A stretch of 64,000 nucleotides of DNA. Source: Candidatus Firestoneibacteriota bacterium. Lineage in GTDB: Bacteria; Oederibacteriota; Muellerivitia; Muellerivitales; Muellerivitaceae. A model generated the notes under the pieces. That model saw only the letters and a list, made by a program, of their open reading frames with translations. It was not told the origin of the DNA and searched no databases. Shown piece after piece: positions 18,272 through 27,469 of the stretch. Each line of letters opens with the position of its first letter. Position 1 is the first letter of the stretch. A program made the position numbers and the translations under genes. The DNA lies in assembly GCA_013286205.1 (NCBI GenBank), contig JABDGD010000006.1, positions 13,944 through 77,943 on the forward strand, read 5' to 3'.

Positions 18272-18442
18272 TTAAAATGGCAAAGTCAAAACTTGAAACA
18301 ACAACGTGAGGTAGTTGTTGATCTGATTTGAAAATAAAACTGCAATGCCTGAAAACGCCAACAGAATGGCGGTAATGGTCAGTAGATATTCTGTGGAAGC
18401 CTGCCCACGGTAGTTTTTTCCAATGACTTTCTTGATCGCCAT
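18272..18442 (-). CDS. flp: Second Flp-family pilin (56 aa), absent from the ORF track
   Basis: Hand translation of the minus strand: MAIKKVIGKNYRGQASTEYLLTITAILLAFSGIAVLFSNQINNYLTLLFQVLTLPF*. It carries the G/XXXXEY motif. Its stop is 17 nt upstream of the flp gene at 18254. Confidence 0.7.
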   Translation of the reverse strand: MAIKKVIGKNYRGQASTEYLLTITAILLAFSGIAVLFSNQINNYLTLLFQVLTLPF

Positions 18443-18678
18443 GGCGAAATTATATTTAACAAATACCTTTTGGACAGAGAAATCGTTTTGGAATAAGACT
18501 TAAAAGCTCGGATGGAAGCGTTTTATCTCCCGAAAATCGTTTCGATGTCAGGATTGCACTCGTACTCTTTTTGAGGTGTGTAAAGGGGTGGTAAAGCGTT
18601 AAAAAGGCCCCAAAACCCTTGAAACGAAAAGGGCCTATGGTATAGTTACACCCATTCAGCCACGGAGATTGTCTAAAA

Positions 18679-19119
18679 ATGAAATGCAGCAACTGTCACA
18701 CCAAAAACGACCCCAAAAACAAATATTGCAAAGAATGCGGTTCGGATCTTAAAAATCATCCCGAACACGCGCTTGTCATCACCAACTCCGAACTATACGG
18801 TAAAGAAGTTGAAGTTCTTTTCTACTTAGACTCTTCTTCAGGCAAAATTTCCGGCTTTGTGAATCCGACGGCTGATCAAATTAGCCATTTCAAAAAAGAC
18901 AGTGTGGTTCAGCGCATTACGGTTGAGGCGCCTGACAATGTGGTGACCGATGAAAACGCCGGCGCGGTTTTGGCCTTCATCCGCCAGAGCAAAGAGTTTT
19001 TGGGTGAAGATTATGACGAAAGCTTTTACCGTAAGTATTCTGTGGTCGATTTGAAAAAAGAATATCTGCGTTTATTTGAACGGGTTTTGAAGGTGAAGGC
19101 CCAGCGCGGGATTAAGTAA
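18679..19119 (+). CDS. Zinc-ribbon domain protein, function unknown
   Basis: MKCSNCHTKNDPKNKYCKECGSDL CxxC...CxxC ribbon. Divergent from the flp operon. Confidence 0.6.
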   Translation: MKCSNCHTKNDPKNKYCKECGSDLKNHPEHALVITNSELYGKEVEVLFYLDSSSGKISGFVNPTADQISHFKKDSVVQRITVEAPDNVVTDENAGAVLAFIRQSKEFLGEDYDESFYRKYSVVDLKKEYLRLFERVLKVKAQRGIK

Positions 19120-19341
19120 ACACACCTCCGTTATTCTCAGTATTTCCCCTTTTTTCTCATTTTTTCGTTTTCCTTTCTGGATAGGCCAAATTTCGTAAAA
19201 TTATTGGACTATCTAAACCGCTATGTTAAACTGCACCCCCTGATTTCCTAGGTTTTTAACGGCTTTGCTCATTCCTCGGCCGAGTGGCTGGGGTCTTTTT
19301 TTGAACACTAAATTTGACCGGTTTTTTCAAGGAGATTCGTT

Positions 19342-20382
19342 TTGTTAAACTTTCTTTTGGGTCTTTTTTCTAACGACGTCGCCATCGATTTGGGCACCGC
19401 TACCACCCTGGTCTATGTCAAAGGTCGCGGCATTGTTCTACAAGAACCCTCATTGGTCGTGGTTCATAAAAGCACTAATCAAATTTTGGCGGTCGGGAAC
19501 GACGCTAAGCTGATGTTGGGCCGTACGCCCGCCTCCATCGTCTCTATCCGTCCAATGCGTGACGGGGTTATCGCTGACTTCGAAGTGACCGAACGTATGC
19601 TCCGCTACTTTATTTCGAAGGTTCATAACCGCCGCTCTTTGATCCGCCCCCGTATTGTTATCGCTATTCCTTCCGGCTGTACCGAAGTGGAAAAGCGCGC
19701 TGTTCGCGACTCCGCTGAACAAGCGGGTGCCCGTGAAGTGTTTCTGGTGGAAGAACCCATGGCCGCCGCGATTGGAGCGGGTATGCCGATTGCTGAACCG
19801 CAAGGGAACATGATTGTGGATATCGGCGGGGGAACGACTGAAGTGGCCGTTATTTCCCTGGGCGACATCGTTTATGGAAAATCCCTGCGTGTGGCCGGCG
19901 ACGAACTTGACGAAGCGATCATTACCTATATTAAGCGCACCTATAACATCCTCATCGGTGAAAGAACCGCGGAAGATGTGAAGATTCAAATCGGCTCGGC
20001 TTTCCCCCTGGAACAAGAACTTCGTATGCAGATTAAAGGCCGCGACCTGGTGACCGGGTTGCCCAAAACCATCGAGTTAACCTCTGAAGAGATTCGCGGA
20101 GCTCTGGAAGAACCTCTTCTGGCGATCATTGAAACCATCAAGATGACGTTGGAACGCACTCCTCCCGAATTGGCGGCGGATATCGTGGACCGCGGTATTA
20201 TTTTGGCCGGTGGTTCGTCCTTATTAAAGAACCTGGACGAGCGCTTGCGCGACGAAACGGGTGTGCCGGTGAACCTCGCGGATGATCCCAGCACGGCGGT
20301 AGCGATGGGCGTAGGCCAGCTGCTGGATCGCTCCATGGACTTCCTGAAACGCATTTCCGTTCTTGAAAAAGAATACGTTTAA
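19342..20382 (+). CDS. mreB: Rod shape-determining protein MreB
   Basis: [34 protein letters not shown] and [13 protein letters not shown] actin-fold motifs. TTG start with AAGGAG 7 nt upstream. Confidence 0.95.
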   Translation: MLNFLLGLFSNDVAIDLGTATTLVYVKGRGIVLQEPSLVVVHKSTNQILAVGNDAKLMLGRTPASIVSIRPMRDGVIADFEVTERMLRYFISKVHNRRSLIRPRIVIAIPSGCTEVEKRAVRDSAEQAGAREVFLVEEPMAAAIGAGMPIAEPQGNMIVDIGGGTTEVAVISLGDIVYGKSLRVAGDELDEAIITYIKRTYNILIGERTAEDVKIQIGSAFPLEQELRMQIKGRDLVTGLPKTIELTSEEIRGALEEPLLAIIETIKMTLERTPPELAADIVDRGIILAGGSSLLKNLDERLRDETGVPVNLADDPSTAVAMGVGQLLDRSMDFLKRISVLEKEYV

Positions 20383-20431
20383 TTCATTTTGAATACGGAT
20401 TGCCCCCAAAGCTTTCAAAGGCTGAAGTTTC

Positions 20432-21262
20432 ATGTTTAAATTTTTCCTTAAAAACAGTTCCGGCCTTTTTTTAGTTCTCGTTTTTGTCATGTGTATCTGG
20501 CTTTTGACCCATCGCGGTACCAGCCGTTTCTTTCAGGCTCCTTCCTATAAGGTGACAACGCTGGACATATGGGCGCCCATTCAGAAGTCGGTCAATTGGC
20601 TGATCTCTTTCCCTGAAAACACCTTAAACGCCATCCGCGAATTGAGAAATCTCCAGCAAGAAGTCAGCCGTCTTCAGTTGGAGAACCAGTCTTTACATAT
20701 AGAACTGTCCAATCAAAAGTCGATGGAATCTGAGTTAAACCGTCTCAAAGAAATTTTGCAAATTAAGGCCAAGCTTCCGCATAAAGCCAAAATCGCCCAT
20801 ATCATTGCCCATGATCCCAGCACCTGGAATAAGAGCTTCGTCATTGATCTGGGTTCTGATGACGGGATTGAAGCGGATTCGCCAGTTATTTCGGAACAGG
20901 GGATTGTGGGGCGGGTACTGGATGTGACACCCAAGCATTCCCGTGTTCTCTTGCTGAGCGATAAAGAGTCCAGCATCTCCGGTATTGACCAAAGGTCGCA
21001 TGTGACGGGCATTGTGTTGGGTACCAGCCGCAATGAACTGCGGTATGGCTATGTGAGCACCGGTGAGGATATACAAAATGACGACCTGATTGTTTCCTCG
21101 GGGCTGGGCGGCATTTATCCCAAGGGCTATTCGATCGGCACAGTGGTCAAGAAAACGCAGTCCGAAAACGGTCTGAACGCGGATATCCGCCTGGTTCCCT
21201 CGGTGGACTTCGCGGCGCTCGACTATGTTTTTGTGCTCCCTCCTATCAGCGTTTACGAGTAA
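20432..21262 (+). CDS. mreC: Rod shape-determining protein MreC
   Basis: N-terminal TM segment, coiled coil (LQQEVSRLQLENQSL), and C-terminal GIVGRV...SGLGGIYPKGYSIGTV beta domains. Confidence 0.88.
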   Translation: MFKFFLKNSSGLFLVLVFVMCIWLLTHRGTSRFFQAPSYKVTTLDIWAPIQKSVNWLISFPENTLNAIRELRNLQQEVSRLQLENQSLHIELSNQKSMESELNRLKEILQIKAKLPHKAKIAHIIAHDPSTWNKSFVIDLGSDDGIEADSPVISEQGIVGRVLDVTPKHSRVLLLSDKESSISGIDQRSHVTGIVLGTSRNELRYGYVSTGEDIQNDDLIVSSGLGGIYPKGYSIGTVVKKTQSENGLNADIRLVPSVDFAALDYVFVLPPISVYE

Positions 21263-21269
21263 GCGGCCC

Positions 21270-21752
21270 ATGAGAATTCCCCGGGAAATATTTTTACTCT
21301 TTGTCATTTTTTTCATTCAACAAGTGCCCATGGTCTCGGATTGGGGCATTGATCTGCCGCTCATTTTTGTCATTCTGGTGGGCCTTCGGTCGGAGCCGGC
21401 CCAGGCGGCGGGATGGGGATTTGTGGTGGGACTCATTCAGGACCTATTGTCCGCCGGTGGAATCGGCCCCAATACAGTAGCGAAAGCCATGACCGGATTA
21501 GGCGCTTGTTTTTTTAAAATGCGTATTTACCGTGAAAAAGTTAGCACTCAAACCTTTCTGATATTTGGCATGTCGATTTTTCATGGTGTTTTTGAGTATC
21601 TTCTCATGCGATGGGAAGGGTCCGCTCCCCGGGCGGAAGACGCTTTTTGGCTGATCTGCCGGAGCGTTGCTTTGACGACGCTGGTGGGCTGGCTGGTTTG
21701 TCTTTTTGTGGTTCGCTTTCGCCGCCGCCGATTTGACCCGGCGACCGCGTAA
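21270..21752 (+). CDS. mreD: Rod shape-determining protein MreD
   Basis: Polytopic small membrane protein directly after mreC. Start set to ATG 21270 (the track start 21225 lies inside mreC). Confidence 0.75.
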   Translation: MRIPREIFLLFVIFFIQQVPMVSDWGIDLPLIFVILVGLRSEPAQAAGWGFVVGLIQDLLSAGGIGPNTVAKAMTGLGACFFKMRIYREKVSTQTFLIFGMSIFHGVFEYLLMRWEGSAPRAEDAFWLICRSVALTTLVGWLVCLFVVRFRRRRFDPATA

Positions 21753-21781
21753 TTTTGACGTTTTCAGTTGGGAGAAGATGA

Positions 21782-23650
21782 GTGGCTTTAAGATTCCCTC
21801 GCGGGATTAAATTCGCCGTTTCCACAGAAAAAAAGATGAATGTGCTGCTCGGCATTGTCACGGCCATTTTTTTCGGCGTCTTCCTCAAATTGTTTTACCT
21901 TCAAATTCTCAACTATCCCTATTACCGGGGATTGTCCGACAACAATAGTCTGCGCCTCATCACCGCCCGCGCGCCCCGCGGTATCATCACGGACCGCAAT
22001 GGTGAAATTTTAGCCACCAACGAACCGTCTTACTCACTTTATGTGGTTCCGGCCGATCTCAAAAATAATACCAATAGTCTGGTTCGCTTGAGCCAAATTT
22101 TAGACGAGCCTCTTTCGTCTTTGGAATTGATGGTTGAAAGCCGCAAGAAGAGAAGACGTTTTGAACCCATTCGCTTGCAAACTCACTTAGATGAAAAAAT
22201 GATCGCGGAGATTGAAGAGAACCGTGTCCGCCTGCCGGGTGTCTATGTGCAGTTAGAACCGGAGCGTTATTACCCGCATGGGGAATTGGCCTCTCATATT
22301 TTGGGATACATTGGTGAAATCAGCGAAGAAGATCTGACGAGGTTACGTGAAAACGGATACAGCGTGGGTGCCGTAGTGGGTAAAAACGGGACCGAGAGAG
22401 TTTATGACCAGGTCTTGCGCGGTGAAGACGGCGGCGTGCAGATTGAAGTCGATGCCTCTGGTATTCAGCGGAGAACGCTGGCCTATAAGAAGCCTATTCA
22501 AGGTCAAACCCTTCAGTTGAGCATTGATTGGAAAATTCAAGAACTGGCCGAAAAGCTAATGGCCGATCAAATTGGTTCAGTGGTGGTTACCAATCCACAA
22601 ACCGGCGAAATTTTAGCGCTAGTCAGTCATCCCAATTTTGATCCCAATGAATTTGTCAGCGGTATTTCCTTTAAAGACTGGAACAAGCTGCTAAAGGATA
22701 AGAACCATCCTTTGGAAAACCGCGCCATTCAGGGACAGTATCCTCCGGGGTCTATTTTTAAATTAGTTACGACTCTCGGCGCTTTGGAAGATGGTGTTAT
22801 TGACTTCAATAAAGTGTTTTTGTGCCGGGGTATTTTTTGGTTTAAAACATGGCCTTATCGCTGCTGGCGCACTTCGGGTCATGGCTGGGTGAATTTAGAA
22901 CGAGCCATTATCGAATCCTGCGATATTTTCTTTTACCAGCTGGGGCTCTTAGTGAAGATCGACAAAATCTATAGCGTGGCTAAAGAGATGGGACTGGGTA
23001 GCAAAACGAAGGTGGATTTGGACCATGAGTTGTCAGGTCTGGTGCCGAATCCCCAGTGGAAAGAAGCGACCCAGCATCAACCCTGGTTTCCCGGTAACAC
23101 CATTCAGATGAGTATTGGACAGGGGTATCTGTTAACGACTCCGCTTCAGATGTTGGATGTGACGGCGGGCTTGGCCATGAATGGGAAAATTTATAAACCC
23201 CATTTGCTTTACCGTATTGTGGATCAAAACACGGGAAGAACAGTTTTTGAAAAACAACCCGAAGTTTTACATGAATCCAGCGTGGACAAAAAATATTTAG
23301 ACTTCATTAAAGCGACTATGGAAAAGGTGATTAACTCGGAATTTGGAACAGGTAAAAAAGCTCGTATTCGTGGGGTGCGGGTGGCGGGTAAGACCGGAAC
23401 CTCTGAAAATCCGCATGGTGACAACCACGCATGGTTCACGGCCTTCGCGCCGGCGGAAGATCCTAAAGTCGCTATCATTGTGATGGTCGAAAACGGGGGA
23501 GAAGGCGGTATCGTTTCAGCCCCGATCGCTAAACGGGTGATGGAACAAACTTTGGGCCTCGACGTAACGCCCTGGCAAACACCTACGCCAGTAGTACCGC
23601 AGGGAACACCGGTGCTCAAGACGGGGCCGGTCATGGGAGTGGCGCCTTGA
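21782..23650 (+). CDS. mrdA: Penicillin-binding protein 2 (elongasome transpeptidase)
   Basis: RGIITDRNGEILA dimerisation domain. Transpeptidase motifs SIFK (SxxK), SCD (SxN-like) and KTGTS. GTG 21782 has a GGAGAAG Shine-Dalgarno; ATG 21836 is an alternative start. Confidence 0.9.
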   Translation: MALRFPRGIKFAVSTEKKMNVLLGIVTAIFFGVFLKLFYLQILNYPYYRGLSDNNSLRLITARAPRGIITDRNGEILATNEPSYSLYVVPADLKNNTNSLVRLSQILDEPLSSLELMVESRKKRRRFEPIRLQTHLDEKMIAEIEENRVRLPGVYVQLEPERYYPHGELASHILGYIGEISEEDLTRLRENGYSVGAVVGKNGTERVYDQVLRGEDGGVQIEVDASGIQRRTLAYKKPIQGQTLQLSIDWKIQELAEKLMADQIGSVVVTNPQTGEILALVSHPNFDPNEFVSGISFKDWNKLLKDKNHPLENRAIQGQYPPGSIFKLVTTLGALEDGVIDFNKVFLCRGIFWFKTWPYRCWRTSGHGWVNLERAIIESCDIFFYQLGLLVKIDKIYSVAKEMGLGSKTKVDLDHELSGLVPNPQWKEATQHQPWFPGNTIQMSIGQGYLLTTPLQMLDVTAGLAMNGKIYKPHLLYRIVDQNTGRTVFEKQPEVLHESSVDKKYLDFIKATMEKVINSEFGTGKKARIRGVRVAGKTGTSENPHGDNHAWFTAFAPAEDPKVAIIVMVENGGEGGIVSAPIAKRVMEQTLGLDVTPWQTPTPVVPQGTPVLKTGPVMGVAP

Positions 23651-24771
23651 AGAGAAAACCATTCTTTCAAACTTATTTCCGAGGCGTGGACTGGGTTCTC
23701 ATTTCCTGCGTGCTGGTTCTTTCGGTCATTGGTTTTTTTGTTATCTATTCCGCGACCATTCATAACGGCGATATTTCCCAGCTTTGGAAAAAACAGCTCT
23801 TCTGGTTTGGCATCGCGCTCATTGCCATGTGGATTTTCTCCCGTATCGACTATCGCTTCTGGATGGAAGCGTCTTATGTCTTTTACTGGGTCTCCATTAT
23901 TTCCCTCGTCGCGGTTTTGGTCATTGGTGACCAAACAAACGGCGCTCGGCGTTGGATTAAACTGGGGTTCCTTTCTTATCAACCATCAGAGTTGGCGAAG
24001 CTTTCTGTGTTGTTGGTGCTGGCCCGATATATCGGGAGCAAAACGATTGAACTTTATTTCTTGAGACGGTTTTTCTTACTTTTGTTTTTGTTAGTCATGC
24101 CTCTCCTTTTGATTTTGAAACAGCCTGATCTGGGCTCGGCTTTGTTGCTGATTCCTGTTTCGTTCATCCTCATGTATGTAGGCGGTATCCGGGTTCGCTG
24201 GCTGTTGTGGGTGTTTGTGATGGCGCTGGCCTCCACCCCTCTGATCTGGCATTTCTTAAAGGACTATCAGCGTGAACGGCTGGAGGTCTTTATTAACCCG
24301 CAAGACGATCCTTTGGGAGCGGGCTACAACATTATTCAATCCATGATCGCCATTGGTTCGGGCGGTATCTCGGGTAAGGGTTATATGGCGGGCACTCAAA
24401 CCCAGCTCTCATTTATTCCCGAACATCATACGGACTTCATTTTCTCGGTGGTGGGTGAGGAGTGGGGCTTTATTGGATGCGTGGTGGTTTTGGGTCTTTA
24501 CTACTTCATGATTCAAAGAATTTTCGACATCTCTAAAAAGGCCCGCGACCGCGAAGGCGCTTTGTTGGCCTTGGGTATCGCCGGTATGTTTACGGTTCAA
24601 ATTATTATTAATGTAGGTATGACAGTGGGGCTTTTGCCGGTCACGGGGCTGACCCTGCCTTTTATTAGCTATGGCGGATCCTCTTTAATGTTTAGCTACG
24701 CGGCCATCGGCATTTTGCTGAACATCTCTTACGCCAACCGCAGACCAGTGTTGATTACGGGCAAGGGTTGA
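23647..24771 (+). CDS. rodA: Rod shape-determining protein RodA (SEDS glycosyltransferase)
   Basis: FQPSELAKL, KQPDLGSA, FIPEHHTDFIF and TGLTLPFISYGGSS SEDS motifs. Overlaps the mrdA stop. Confidence 0.93.
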   Translation: MKRKPFFQTYFRGVDWVLISCVLVLSVIGFFVIYSATIHNGDISQLWKKQLFWFGIALIAMWIFSRIDYRFWMEASYVFYWVSIISLVAVLVIGDQTNGARRWIKLGFLSYQPSELAKLSVLLVLARYIGSKTIELYFLRRFFLLLFLLVMPLLLILKQPDLGSALLLIPVSFILMYVGGIRVRWLLWVFVMALASTPLIWHFLKDYQRERLEVFINPQDDPLGAGYNIIQSMIAIGSGGISGKGYMAGTQTQLSFIPEHHTDFIFSVVGEEWGFIGCVVVLGLYYFMIQRIFDISKKARDREGALLALGIAGMFTVQIIINVGMTVGLLPVTGLTLPFISYGGSSLMFSYAAIGILLNISYANRRPVLITGKG

Positions 24772-24856
24772 TGTTTTTCAGCGAAAAATAAGGTCTTTTG
24801 ATATACTCGTCTCACTTTTTCCAGAACGCCGACCAACGACCAGATACGAGGGCAAA

Positions 24857-25303
24857 ATGGATTCCCAACGAAAAACAATCCCGCTGAATTGGAAGAATGG
24901 TTCCATTATTTTCGTTTTGTCTTTCCTGGTTGCCGCCGTAGGCGTGTTTTTACTCAGACAAACGCTGATTCCCAAAGAAGAACTCGATTGTTATGCCCGT
25001 GTAATCACCCTTCAAAAAGCGGTTGATCAATGGGACAAAGCTCATCCCGAAAAGCCCATCACAGACGAAATCGACGAAGCCGCCTTGGTCAAAGAGGGGT
25101 TCTTGCAGACGCTCACCTATGATCACAATTTTCATTACTACTTTGTGGGCGAAACGGCTCATGGCCTTCGGGTGAAGTGTAATAAGCACGAGGACAATCC
25201 TTTAGCTTTAAGAATTACAGGTGATTTTCTTTTGGCGGTTCTGCTGTTTTTGATTTTCTGTTCGATTCGGGGTTATGTTTTCTTCTCCTCGAACGAAGGT
25301 TGA
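24857..25303 (+). CDS. Hypothetical membrane protein (N- and C-terminal TM segments)
   Basis: ORF with TM helices IIFVLSFLVAAVGVFLL and FLLAVLLFLIFCSI. No recognised domain. Confidence 0.45.
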   Translation: MDSQRKTIPLNWKNGSIIFVLSFLVAAVGVFLLRQTLIPKEELDCYARVITLQKAVDQWDKAHPEKPITDEIDEAALVKEGFLQTLTYDHNFHYYFVGETAHGLRVKCNKHEDNPLALRITGDFLLAVLLFLIFCSIRGYVFFSSNEG

Positions 25304-25335
25304 CTAACACTTTATAAATATAGAAAGGTTTAGTT

Positions 25336-26253
25336 ATGAAAGACGTTCTCATTGTCGGTTCAGTGGCTTATGACAGTCTCACGACCCCTTATGGTTATGC
25401 GCCTAGGGCTTTAGGTGGCGCGGCCACTTATTCCAGCCTGGCGGCCTCTCTCTTTTCGCCGGTTCGCATGGTGGGTCCGGTGGGGGACGACTTTAAAGAA
25501 TCCGATCTTCAAATGCTCCGCAAGCATAAGGTGAATACTGACCTCGTCACCCGTGAAAAGGGTAAAACCTTTTTCTGGAAGGGCACTTATAACGAGGACA
25601 TGTCGATCGCGCACACGAACGAAATTGACTTAGGTGTGTTTGAGACTTTTAAACCGAATATCACTGGTGCTGCCCGCAATACACCTTATGTGTTTTTGGC
25701 GGCAATTCATCCCGAACTTCAGATGCAGGTCTTGAATCAAATGATCAAGCCCAAGTATGTGGTTCTGGATACCCGCGATCTTTGGATTAACATTACCAAG
25801 CCGGCCTTGCTGAAGGTTTTGAAGAAGACCGATCTGGTCGTGGTGAATGATCAAGAAACTCGCTTGCTAACCGGTGAGATGCATTTGCTCAAAGGCGCGA
25901 GGGCGTTACAAAAACTCGGCCCTAAAACGGTTATCGTGAAAAAGGGCGAGCATGGCGCGATGTTAGTTGGCCAGGGGTGGACTTTCTTATCCCCGGCCGT
26001 ACCTTTGGATTACGTGGTCGATCCCACTGGCGCGGGAGATACTTTTGCCGGAGCCTTTATCGGCTATTTGGCTAAACAAGATAAGATTACCCCCGAAGTC
26101 TTGAAACAGGCGGTTATCGCTGGCAATCTGGTGGCATCCTTTACGGTTCAAGGTTTTGGTACCAAGTCGATCGCCGCTTTAACCAAAGAGAAGCTCAAGA
26201 AGCGCTCGGTGGAATACTATAAATTTGCCAGCATTCCTAAAGTGAAACTGTAA
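25336..26253 (+). CDS. PfkB-family carbohydrate/nucleoside kinase
   Basis: N-terminal GGAATY di-Gly region and C-terminal DPTGAGDTFAGAFIGYL PfkB signature. Confidence 0.8.
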   Translation: MKDVLIVGSVAYDSLTTPYGYAPRALGGAATYSSLAASLFSPVRMVGPVGDDFKESDLQMLRKHKVNTDLVTREKGKTFFWKGTYNEDMSIAHTNEIDLGVFETFKPNITGAARNTPYVFLAAIHPELQMQVLNQMIKPKYVVLDTRDLWINITKPALLKVLKKTDLVVVNDQETRLLTGEMHLLKGARALQKLGPKTVIVKKGEHGAMLVGQGWTFLSPAVPLDYVVDPTGAGDTFAGAFIGYLAKQDKITPEVLKQAVIAGNLVASFTVQGFGTKSIAALTKEKLKKRSVEYYKFASIPKVKL

Positions 26254-26271
26254 TAAAGAAGAGGATTTAAA

Positions 26272-27450
26272 ATGGCCATTCAAACCCAAGCCGATCTCAT
26301 CAAAAAATTTCCGCCTTATCTTTTCGCGATCTTAAACGCGGAAAAATTAGCGGCACGCAAAAAAGGCGTGGATGTGATTGATTTTGGCATGGGCAATCCG
26401 GATAGCCCGACTCCCGCGCCGATCGTGAATAAACTGATCGAAGTGGTTCAGGACAAGAAGGCGCACCGCTATTCGACTTCCAAAGGTATTCCGCCGTTTT
26501 TGAAGGCGGTTTCCCGCTGGTATGAACGTAAGTATGGCGTGGCCATTGACCCTAAAACCGAAGCGGTTTCGGTCATTGGTTCAAAAGAAGGTTTGGCCCA
26601 TTTGGCTTTGGCGGTCATTAACCGAGGCGATAAGGTGCTGGTGCCGAACCCGACTTATCCGATTCATCATTACAGCGTCATCATTGCGGGCGGTGAGTTG
26701 GTTCATATTCCGATTCTGGATGGTACGGAAGCTTTCATGCGCCATCTGGATAAGGCCTATGCCAAGAGCCGTCCCAAACCAAAAATCTTGATCATTAACT
26801 TTCCCCACAACCCAACGACGATCTCGGTGGAGCCGGAATTTTTTAAAGATATCGTGAAATGGGCTAAGAAGAACCAGGTGATGGTAGTTCATGACTTGGC
26901 CTATGCCGACATCGTTTTTGATGGTTATAAGTCGCCAAGCTTTTTGGCCACCAAGGGCGCCAAAGATATCGGCGTGGAAATCTTCACCATGTCCAAGTCC
27001 TACAACATGGCTGGCTGGCGCATTGGTTTTGCCGCTGGCAACCCCAAAGTCATTGCCTCGTTAGCCAAGATTAAGAGCTATATGGATTACGGTATTTTTA
27101 CACCGATCCAAGTGGCGGCTATTACGGCCTTAGACAGCCCGGAAGAAAACCTGCGCAAATTGGCTGCCGTTTATGAAGAACGCCGCAACATTATGGTGGA
27201 TGGCATGAACAAGATGGGCTGGCCGATTGAAAAGCCACGCGCCGCTATGTACCTTTGGGCTAAGATTCCCGATAAATATAAGAAAATGAAGGCGATCGAT
27301 TTCGCCATCAAGCTTTTGAAAGAAGCGGAAGTGGCCGTTTCGCCAGGCACGGGTTTTGGCAGTTTGGGCGAGGGTTATGTGCGCATGGCCCTGGTGGAAA
27401 ATAAAGACCGCATCCGTCAGGCTCTGCGGAATATGAAGAAACTTTTTTAA
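26272..27450 (+). CDS. Class I/II PLP-dependent aminotransferase
   Basis: GMGNPDSPTP, NFPHNPTT and the SKSYNMAGWRIGF PLP-lysine motif. Confidence 0.85.
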   Translation: MAIQTQADLIKKFPPYLFAILNAEKLAARKKGVDVIDFGMGNPDSPTPAPIVNKLIEVVQDKKAHRYSTSKGIPPFLKAVSRWYERKYGVAIDPKTEAVSVIGSKEGLAHLALAVINRGDKVLVPNPTYPIHHYSVIIAGGELVHIPILDGTEAFMRHLDKAYAKSRPKPKILIINFPHNPTTISVEPEFFKDIVKWAKKNQVMVVHDLAYADIVFDGYKSPSFLATKGAKDIGVEIFTMSKSYNMAGWRIGFAAGNPKVIASLAKIKSYMDYGIFTPIQVAAITALDSPEENLRKLAAVYEERRNIMVDGMNKMGWPIEKPRAAMYLWAKIPDKYKKMKAIDFAIKLLKEAEVAVSPGTGFGSLGEGYVRMALVENKDRIRQALRNMKKLF

Positions 27451-27469
27451 CTAACAAGCGAGGGAAGCA

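Noticed and set aside
18456-18692. 78-aa minus-strand ORF in the divergent region between the flp operon and the zinc-ribbon gene
   Set aside because: It has no Shine-Dalgarno sequence. Its 5' end overlaps the start of the plus-strand zinc-ribbon gene, and the translation has no motifs. The region is more plausibly divergent promoter DNA.
19120-19341. 222-bp gap upstream of mreB, considered for an sRNA or terminator (GGCCGAGTGGCTGGGGTCTTTTTTT)
   Set aside because: The segment before the T-tract does not form a convincing stem, and I recognised no conserved RNA motif. It is probably just the mreB promoter/5' UTR.
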